From assembly GCA_002269645.1 (NCBI GenBank), contig NIVC01002152.1, positions 62,001 through 126,000 of the forward strand: DNA of 64,000 bases, given 5' to 3'. Origin of the DNA: Macrostomum lignano. Lineage: Eukaryota. How positions within the stretch are numbered: the first letter of the stretch is position 1; each line of letters begins with the position of its first letter. The position numbers were made by a program, and so were the translations under genes. The notes below the pieces were generated by a model. The model saw nothing but the letters and a program-made list of their open reading frames with translations. It was not told the DNA's origin and did no database searches. Below are positions 23,305-33,400 of this stretch, one piece after another.

Positions 23305-24430
23305 TGTCTGTCTGTCAGCTCGATTGCAGGCGCGGCAAACGAGTTTTAACTACACTTCTCTAGAGTAGCGCCAGCTGAGTAGCAGCTGACTGGATTCGAA
23401 TTCGAGCGTGTGCCAGCAGCGTACGTATGATCCGTGCGCGTACTTAAGGGCCAGCGAAATGCTAGCTGTTAGCTGTTGGTCAACTGTTGCTTTGGCACTC
23501 TTCAAATAAATATAAATCAATCAATCAATCAGTCAGCCTGACGATCAGTCAGCCAGTCCTCACCTGATCCTCCCTCAGCGCATAGCTGGCCGAGAACTTC
23601 AGACTGCCATCGTAGGGCACAGAACTGTAGGCCACCTGCCACACAGTCAGGCTGAGCCAGTGCATCTGCAGCAATCGAACCCGGTCCTCCATAGGCAGCT
23701 GAGTGAATTCGGTCAGTCGTTTCGAAAAATCAATCAGATCAACGGCCAGTTTATTAGTGGCGGCACCCAGCTGAGCAGTGTGCTCATCCGACTGGCCTAG
23801 GGAGCCGGCGGGCGAGCTGACAGACGCGGCCGATAGCTGCTCAGCATCCGCCTGCTGATGAAGCTGATCATCTGGGGTGCACTCGTTGAGCAGCTCGGTC
23901 AGTCGGCATACCAGGGCGCTCCGGTTCGATGCCTGATGGTCGCCCTGGACGGGCCGCTGAGCCAGCAGCTGGCGCATGTAGGCAGGCGGCTCGCGGCCCA
24001 ACGGCAGGCTGGCGGCTGATGCTGCAGCTTCGGCTGTTTCAACGCTGTCAACCGCCGGCTGACTGCAGGAATCAGTCAGCAGAGTCGCCCCCGCTGATGC
24101 CTCAGCCGATGCAGGAGGAAGAAGAGCAGCTGTAGGCGATGAGCAGCGGACTAGAGCGGTCTGCATGCGGGCCTCCAGACAGCGGACCCATCGGCAGGCA
24201 GGGCAATGCCGCTTGCGACTGCTCTTGGGCACCGGGCAGCGGGAGCCGGAGCGCTGCACCGGGCAGAAGTAGGTCACGCAAGAGTGCACAGTGCGCTTGA
24301 AAAATGCTTTACAAGCCTCGCAGGTTACTGCGCCGTAATGATGACCAGTTGCTTTGCGGAAGCAGATACTGCAAGACTCGTCTTCTAGGAGCTGCTGCTG
24401 CTGCTGTTGGTACATTGGTTGTTGCTTCAT
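21832..24430 (-). CDS. Nuclear receptor NR-C, ERR/NR3-like, 2 exons, ~438 aa
   Basis: Exons 24430-23564 (CAG|GTGAGG) and 22281-21832 (CCCGCAG|), phase 0. DBD CSIC...[11 protein letters not shown] (ERR-type P-box)...CPACRWVRC. LBD LIDFSKRLTEFTQLPMEDRVRLLQMHW, SVPYDGSLKF, EFLLLKLV, AF-2 PLMSEML. Confidence 0.9.
22415..22785. repeat. 28-bp minisatellite in NR-C intron
   Basis: Unit GGGATCTGGGAGGCTGGCCCAGCAACTG. Confidence 0.93.
23108..23316. repeat. (CCTG)n/(TCTG)n microsatellite in NR-C intron
   Basis: Continuous CCTG tract. Confidence 0.95.
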
Positions 24431-24957
24431 GCAATATGAAATTAAAGTGTTGGATTCAACAGGCGATAGGGTAAAGTCTCCGCATGCGCATACAAGCGTG
24501 TACTCAAAACCCGAAGCCAGTTCGTGCTAAATCTATTTTATTCTGGGGCCTAAAAGTATTTTTCGATCCTGTTCGGTTTGCGTCACACGGGAGTGGCGCT
24601 GATTGGCTGGGGGGGGGGGTGACAAGTGTCATGGAGAACTCTGAGGGTAGAGAGATACGCTAGCGAGGCCGTGAGCTCTAGAAAGGAAGACGAAATAAAT
24701 ATTGTACAAGGGAGGGGAAGAAGCGGTGGGTTTCAGGGGGAGCTTAGACGGGCTTCACTCCCGCCTTGAACCGAAGAAAGGGGAGAATAGTTGCAGGAAA
24801 CTGCGACACGAGGATTAAGTAAACGACTCGCAAGAAAAAGGGTGGAAACAGGGAAAAGACAAATAATAACATGCGTAATGGTCTCAGACTCTTTTTATTT
24901 ACGATAATTTGCTCATACAGGCCTTAACTACTGATGAACTTCTTATTTACTGCTGAA

Positions 24958-25940
24958 GCTACAGACATACAGATTCAGCTACAGACATACAGATTCAGCT
25001 ACAGACATACAGATTCAGCCACAGACATACAGATTCAGCTACAGACATACAGATTCAGCTACAGACATACAGATTCAACTGTAGACATACAGATTCAACT
25101 ACAGACATACAGATTCAGCTACAGACATACAGATTCAGCTACAGACATACAGATTCAGCTACAGACATACAGATTCAACTGTAGACATACAGATTCAGCT
25201 ACAGACATACAGATTCAGCTACAGACATACAGATTCAGCTACAGACATACAGATTCAGCTACAGACATACAGATTCAGCTACAGACATACAGATTCAGCT
25301 ACAGACATACAGATTCAACTGTAGACATACAGATTCAGCTACAGACATACAGATTCAGCTACAGACATACAGATTCAGCTACAGACATACAGATTCAACT
25401 GTAGACATACAGATTCAGCTACAGACATACAGATTCAGCTACAGACATACAGATTCAGCTACAGACATACAGATTCAGCTACAGACATACAGATTCAGCT
25501 ACAGACATACAGATTCAGCTACAGACATACAGATTCAGCTACAGACATACAGATTCAGCCACAGACATACAGATTCAACTGTAGACATACAGATTCAGCT
25601 ACAGACATACAGATTCAGCTACAGACATACAGATTCAGCTACAGACATACAGATTCAGCTACAGACATACAGATTCAGCTACAGACATACAGATTCAGCT
25701 AAAGACATACAGATTCAGCCACAGACATACAGATTCAGCTACAGACATACAGATTCAGCTACAGACATACAGATTCAGCTACAGACATACAGATTCAGCC
25801 ACAGACACACAGGTTCAGCCACAGACATACAGATTCAGCTACAGACATACAGATTCAGCCACAGACATACAGGTTCAGCTACAGACATACAGATTCAGCC
25901 ACAGACACACAGGTTCAGCCACAGACACATAGATTCAGCT
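24958..25940. repeat. 20-bp minisatellite
   Basis: Unit ACAGACATACAGATTCAGCT with periodic CAACTGTAG variant. Confidence 0.96.
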
Positions 25941-26684
25941 CACCTATGAGTTATCTAGTCTAGTAAGTGTTGACTGAAATCAAGCCAGTTTCATAGCACA
26001 TGTAAGAATAAAGCAAAAAGTGAGCTATATAGAAAAAGAGGTGGAGTCAGGACAAGCGAGAGCGCATCAAAAGTCCATCATATTAGCTTATCAATCTTGA
26101 GACACATTTATTTAGGTCAGCAACAAGGAGATGGATTATATTATTGTCAATATAAACTCAACAAAAATAATCTGGGAAGAGCATTTTAGCAGTTTTCGAA
26201 AAAGTACATATCTGTATTTTCTTCCCAGCAACAACAAGCGGTGCCTGGGAGTAGAAACTATTTAAAAGGTTACCTACTTCAGTTAATAAAGAAGATTATA
26301 CAGACAAAAAAATTCAATAAGCAATATAATCCGATAGGGCCTGGCGGTACAAAAAAACAGATAAAAATACTTCTCTATTAGTAAAACAGCTTTAAAAACA
26401 ATTGAGTAATTCGATGTAAAGCCCAGCTATAGTAAATCTAACTCATATACTACTAAGAGTAGGGAACATTAAGGCACAAAAACGCCAATCGCATAGAGGA
26501 AAAATAGCACAGCGTATATATAGCCTTAGAAGTTATCACAAAAGTAAAAAAATCGATTAAACATTGTAAAATAGTTCTGTTTTGAAAAAGGCGGCTTCTG
26601 TAAAAAAATTATCACGCTGGTTTGCCTTCACTATTAATATACAAAGGGAAACTCGCTATTTGTTTTCTCTGATGTAAAATAAGT

Positions 26685-27135
26685 GTACATTGGAGACCGG
26701 GGGTGGGTTAGAGGGGTAAGGGAGAGAATGAGTGTACATTGGGGATCGGGGTTGGATTAGAGGGGTAAGGAATAGAACGAGTGTACATTGGGGAGCGGGG
26801 TTAGGTTAGATGGGTAAGGGATAGAACGAGTGTACATTGGGGAGCGGGTTGGGTTAGAGGGGTAAGGGAGAGAAGGAGTGTACATTGGGGAGCGGGGTTG
26901 GGTTAGAGGGGTAAGGGAGAGAAGGAGTGTACATTGGGGAGCGGGGGTTGGGTTAGAGGGGTAAGGGAGAGAAGGAGTGTACATTGGGGAGCGGGGGTTG
27001 GGTTAGAGGGGTAAGGGAGAGAAGGAGTGTACATTGGGGAGCGGGGTTGGGTTAGAGGGGTAAGGGACAGAATGAGTGTACACTAGGGAGCGGGGTTGGG
27101 TTATAGGGTCAGGGAGAGAGCGGGTGTACATTGGG
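26685..27135. repeat. 49/50-bp minisatellite (AATGTACAC family, opposite strand)
   Basis: Unit GAGTGTACATTGGGGAGCGGGGTTGGGTTAGAGGGGTAAGGGAGAGAAG. Confidence 0.92.
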
Positions 27136-27440
27136 GACAGGGTTTGAAGAGGAACTGGTCAGGAGCAAAGGTACAATGAATACAGGGGGTTGTTTTGAAA
27201 CCATATTTGCTTTTAAAAACGAAACGCATAATAAGGCAATTAGAAGGAATGGACCAAAGAGCAGACATTTGGAAAGAGTCAAAAAATCTTTTAAAAACTC
27301 TGTTTCGAAGTAGCCAAGTTAAAAAAGTAAAAAAATTCAATTTATGAAAAATAGATCTGTCATGCGAATACAACTGCATATCAAGGTTCAGTTCGGACGG
27401 ATCAATCCCTGTCTTCATAACGGAAGTGTCTGAAAAGTGA

Positions 27441-30400
27441 TCAATTGGCCAACAGCCAGCTGTCGTCCTGCAGAGTGTCGCCAGTCCTCGGCCGGCTGTC
27501 CTCAAGGCCGCGCTGCTGGCGCATGAACCGGCCCAGCACTTCGTCCGGATCGCCCGAGGCGCCCTCCAACGAAGCCGAATCAGCCTGCATCCGCTGCAGG
27601 CGGCGCAGGCGGGCCTCGTTGGCCCGTGCGATTCTCTCGGCGTCCAGGCTGGCCTGCGAGCCGAAGCCGCCGCTGACCGACGGCTGTCGCTGCTGATAGC
27701 CGTTCGGATCCAGGCGGCCAGTTGACACCGGCTGATCGATGTCAACGAAAGCGGTGTCCGCCTGCAGCTGGGCAGAGTCGGCCCGAGAGTAGGACCGCAG
27801 CCCGAGGTCGCGGGGGCGAAGGCCGAGGCCGTCGAGGTCGTCGCCGCCGCCGCCGCCGCCGCCGCCCTGCATGCGGCGCAGCCGGTCGCGCTGCTCTCGT
27901 AGGAGAGCCGCCTGTTGCGCTTCGAGAGCTTCGCCACTGATTGGCGTTTCCGGGAAATAGTTGCGCACCTGGAATGAGCGATTATACTGAGAGTGAGCTG
28001 ACGCTGGATAGAATAGAATAAACAGCATATCTGAGATTTGCAGCTAGATTATATTAATATCTAGTATATCTGATCCAGGTGACGTACAGTAATTTCAAAG
28101 ATAGCTCAGGATCCCATATCATGCCCTCAGTATCCCAGGTGAGACCAAAATATCCGAGGTGAGACCTAAACATCCCAGCTAGGTAAGACCTAAATATAAC
28201 AGGAGAGACTTAAATATACCGGCTAGGTGAGACCTAAATATCCCATGTGAGACCTAAATATCGCATGTTAGACATACAAATATCCCAGGTGAGACCTCAA
28301 GCTACCAGACGGGCCTAAGGATCCCATGTCTGACCAGAAGCTCCCAGATGGGACACCCGGCACCCGCACCTGATTTGCTGCCGGGTCGCTAGAGTTGGCC
28401 TTGAGCCTGTTAAACTCCTGAGCCGCAGTAGGGTCCAGGCTGGACTGCTGCTGATAATTATTCGGCCTGCGCGACACCGGGGCCGCCTTGCGCCGGTCCC
28501 TGGCCATGTCGAAAACGTCGACCTGCTGGCCAACAGCCGGCCCCTGCACTGGCCGATGATCGCCCGGACCCTCGAATCCGTGCAGTCGAGGGTCAAACAC
28601 CTCCGGCTGATATTTCTGCGTCTCCAGTGCGTCTTCAACGCGTTGGCGCTCGCTGCGCAGCTGATTCCTCAGCCTGGCCAGCTGCACAATCGACTCGCTG
28701 TCGGTTGGCGGCTCCTCGCGTTGGGTGTCGGCCTCCTCGGCGGCTGAAGCCGGTGAGCCGCGAATGGACGGCACTGGTGGAGAGCGGGACCGCTGCTGCT
28801 CGGTCATGGCCACGTCCGCTGCCCGCTCCACCCGCTCCCTGGCACCGCGAATGGCGGGTCCGGAGCTTGGTTAAAATGTCTGTCATTGCACCTACCTGTC
28901 CATCCCCGCACCGTGTCCACCCCTGCACCAACCTGTCCATCCCCGCACCAACCTGTCCATCCCCGCATCCACCTGTCCATCCCCGCACCAACCTGTCCAT
29001 CCCCGCACCCACCTGTCCACCCCCGCAACCACCTGTCCATCCCCGCACCCATCTGTCTTCACCAACCTGTCCATCCCTGCACCCACCTGTCCATCCCTGC
29101 ACCCACCTGTCCATCCCCGCACCCACATGTCCATCCCGCACCCACCTGTCCATCCCCGCACCCACCTGTCCATCCCGCACCCACCTGTCCATCCCGCACC
29201 CACCTGCCCACCCCTGCACCCACCTGTCCATCCCTGCACCCACCTGTCCATCCCGCACCCACCTGTCCATCCCGCACCCACCTGCCCACCCCTGCACCCA
29301 CCTGTCCACCCCCGCACCCACCTGTCCACCCCGCAACCACCTGTCCACCCCCGCAACCACCTGTCCATCCCCGCACCCACCTGTCCATCTCCGCACCCAC
29401 CTGTCCATCCCGCACCCACCTGTCCACCCCCGCAACAACCTGTCCATCCCGCACCCACCTGTCCATCCCCGCACCCACCTGTCCATCCCGCACCCACCTG
29501 TCCATCCCGCACCCATCTGTCCATCCCCGCACCCACCTGTCCATCCCCGCACCCACCTGTCCATCCCCGCACCCACCTGTCCATCCCCGCACCCACCTGT
29601 CCATCCCCGCACCCACCTGTCCATCCCGCACCCACCTGTCCATCCCCGCACCCACCTGTCCGCCTCCTTGGCCTTGCGCGCCGCCTCGCTAGACCGTCGT
29701 TTCTCTTCGGCAAGCCGCAGCATCTCCTCGTTCTTGCGCCTGGCCTCCTCCTCTTTCTCCGTCTGTTTCCGTTTCTCAGCGTCCAGCTCCGCTTGAATTC
29801 GCCTCTGCTGCTCCTCAACCCGCCGCTGCTCTCTTTCGTCTTCCTCGCGCTGGCGCAACTGGTCAAGCTCGCGCAGCCGCCGGCGCTCCTCCATCTGGTC
29901 GCGCAACTCGTCCTGATAGCGCTCGCGTTCCCGCTTCTGCGCGTCGGTGAGGCCCTGGCCGAATATTCCGTGGCCGCCTCTGGCGTGAGTGGCCTCGCCT
30001 AGTGCGTTAGTCTGTCTGGGCGTCGGCTTCTCAATCCACGGCAGCGGCTCTTGGGTCCGGCTGATGGGGCAAGGGATGAGAATAGCAATTTTATATAGCA
30101 ACTCACAGGTTTAAAGCTCGCTAGTTGTATTTATTTCACTTTGGAATGGATACCGCTGCTCACCACTGTCCCTTGGATGGGACACCGCTGCCCACCACTG
30201 TCCTTGGATGGGACACCGCTGCCCACCACTGTCCCTTGGATGCGACACCGCTGCCCACCACTATCCTTGGATGGACACCGCTGCTCACCTCTGTCCCTTG
30301 GATGGGACACCGCTGCTCACCTCTGTCCCTTGATGGGACACCGCTGCCCACCACTATCCTTGGATGGGACACCGCTGCTCACCACTGTCCCTTGATGGGA

Positions 30401-33400
30401 CACCGCTGCCCACCACTATCCTTGGATGGGACACCGCTGCTCACCACTGTCCCTTGGATGGGACACCGCTGCCCACCACTATCCTTGGATGGGACACCGC
30501 TGCTCACCTCTGTCCCTTGGATGGGACACCGCTGCTCACCTCTGTCCCTTGGATGGGACACCGCTGCCCACCACTGTCCTTGGATGGGACACCGCTGCCC
30601 ACCACTGTCCTTGGATGGGACACCGCTGCCCACCACTATCCTTGGATGGGACACCGCTGCTCACCACTGTCCCTTGGATGGGACACCGCTGCCCACCACT
30701 GTCCCTTGATGGGACACCGCTGCCCACCACTGTCCTTGGATGGGACACCGCTGCCCACCACTGTCCTTGGATGGGACACCGCTGCTCACCACTGTCCTTG
30801 GATGGGACACCGCTGCTCACCACTGTCCTTGGATGGGACACCGCTGCTCACCACTGTCCTTGGATGGGACACCGCTGCTCATCACTGTCCTTGGATGGGA
30901 CAACGCTGCTCACCACTGTCCTTGGATGGGACACCACCACCCCATACCTTGGATCTTGAGTACTACTATATTTGATTCTACAATACACCCTTATGGTGCA
31001 GCAAAGCGGAACCTGATGACTCACCTGCGAGCTCGGCCAGTTGCTCCGCCGCCGCCGCCTCTTCTACCTTGCTCCTCCGTAAAGGAGTTAGCTAGCCGCA
31101 GCCGAAGGTCCTTCAACGGATCGCCTGTGGACGCCGCACCGCTGCCACCGTAATCGCCATAGTCGCCACCGCCGCGGCTCCTAGTGGTTTGCCCGTCACC
31201 GCCGCCGCCTCCGCCGCGTATGGTGCCCCGCAGGTCGGCCCGGGTGTTGCCCTGTTCGTCTTTGAGCGGCGCTCCGCCACCGCCGCGGCCCCACGGATCG
31301 TAGGTGGCGATCTCCAGCTCCTTCAGCCGGTCGTATTCGTCGCGTTCTTTACGCCGGCCCTCGTCGCGAGTTCGCTTGGCGTCCATTTGCTGGTTGAGCT
31401 CCAGCGCGTATTCAACTTTCTGGCGGGCCAGACGGGCGCGCCGCTCCTCCTCGGAGGTGAACAGCATCCCCGTTGCGGCGGTGCCATCGTTGTTCTCCTG
31501 GTAGCGGACGCGCGAAGACTTGGCTGGCCCGCTACCGCCGCTGCCGCCGGCGCCTGCGCCACCGCCGACGTATCCGCCTCCACCCCTGCCGCTAAAGCCG
31601 CCTGATTGAGCGAAAGTCAAAAAGAACTATGCGTTAAAAGAAGCGTCATGAGGAGCCAAACTGAGGAAGTTAAGAGAGGCGCCAAACTGAGGAAGTCAAG
31701 AGAGGCGCCAAACTGAGAAAGTTGAGAGAGGCGCCAAACTGAGGAAGTTAAGAGAGGCGCCAAACTGAGGAAGTCAAGAGAGGCGCCAAACTGAGAAAGT
31801 TGAGAGAGGCGCCAAACTGAGGAAGTCAAGAGAGACGCCAAACTGAGGAAGTCAAGAGAGACGCCAAACTGAGGAAGTCAAGAGAGGCGCCAAACTGAGG
31901 AAGTCAAGAGAGACGCCAAACTGAGGAAGTCAAGAGAGGCGCCAAACTGAGGAAGTCAAGAGAGACGCCAAACTGAGGAAGTCAAGAGAGACGCCAAACT
32001 GAGGAAGTCAAGAGACGCAAAACTGAGGAGTCCAGAGGCCAATAATTGAGGAACATAAAAAACAAAAGGCGCCACTACTAATGCCCAAGCCCTTTTACAC
32101 TAGCTCGGAGAGCAGCCCAACCACTCACTGCCGCTGCCCTCCTCCAGCGGATTCTGCATTCCGTAATAGAAATACGAATCGTCCGCAGGTGTATTATAAG
32201 GCGACAATTGCGGCAGGCCGCCAGACTGAGCGGCCAGCAGGCCCGGCGAAGTGGCGCCGCTTCCCGCGCCGGCGCCAGCGCCGCCAGGCCGGTCAGTGAC
32301 GGCGCCGCCTAGAACGCCGGGGGCGTCGCTGCGAGCGTCTCGACGCTCCTGCTTGCGACGGTTCTCCTCTTCGGCCATCTGGCGTTGAAGTTCGCGTTTG
32401 TAAGACTCTTTGCGGTTCTCGCGAACGGTGCCGGAGTCCGGTCTATGCAGGTCGATTGTGCCGCCAATGCCGTCTGGATGGGGCGGGTTGGGGTTCTCTG
32501 AGATCTCTATGAGATTGCAGTGAGGCAGTGAGCGGATGAAGGGGCGGGTGAGGAGGCAGTGAGCGAATGAAGGGGCGGGTGAGGAGGCAGTGAGCGGATG
32601 AAGGGGCGGGTGAGGAGGCAGTGAGCGGATGAAGGGGCGGGTGAGGAGGCAGTGAGCGGATGAAGGGGCGGGTGAGGAGGCAGTGAGCGGATGAAGGGGC
32701 GGGTGAGGAGGGAGTTAGCAGATGAAGGGGCGGGTGAGGAGGGAGTTAGCGGATGAAGGGGCGGGTGAGGAGGTGAGCATGAAAATCAGTAATCAAGCAA
32801 AATAAGAACAAACCGATTAAGCCGGCTCCGTCTTTGCCTCCGCCGCCGCGCTGCTGAAAGTGCCGATTGCGCCGCAGGCTGAGGTCCAAGTCCAGCGACT
32901 TGTCTGTGTTGCCGCCGCTGCGAAGCCAGGCGTCATCGTTGCGACGCCTGCCGCCGGCGCCGCCTCCGCCGAACAGCAAGCGCAACTTGGCGCTGTCATA
33001 CTGAGCCTCCAGCTCGGACAGGCGCTTCTCCTCGGCCAGGGTGGCCGGATCCTTCACGGCCACAGGACGGGGCCGATTGTACGCGGCGTACTGATCATCG
33101 GGATTGTCGACGTACCTGCCGATTGAGCGGGGGCATTAGGGACTGACAGACACTGGGTTTCACACAGACACTGGGCTTCACACAGACACTGGGCTTCACA
33201 CAGACACTGGGCTTCACACAGACACTGGGATTCACACAGACACTGCGATTCACACAGACACTGGGATTCCCACAGACACTGGGATTCCCAAAGACACTGG
33301 GATTCCCAAAGACACTGGGATTCCCAAAGACACTGGGATTCCCAAAGACACTGGGATTCCCAAAGACACTGGGATTCCCACAGACACTGGGATTCCCAAA

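Noticed and set aside
24478-24610. NRF1-like CGCATGCGCA and CCAAT-box CTGATTGGCT upstream of NR-C
   Set aside because: Plausible promoter motifs, but single short matches without a known TSS are not supportable.
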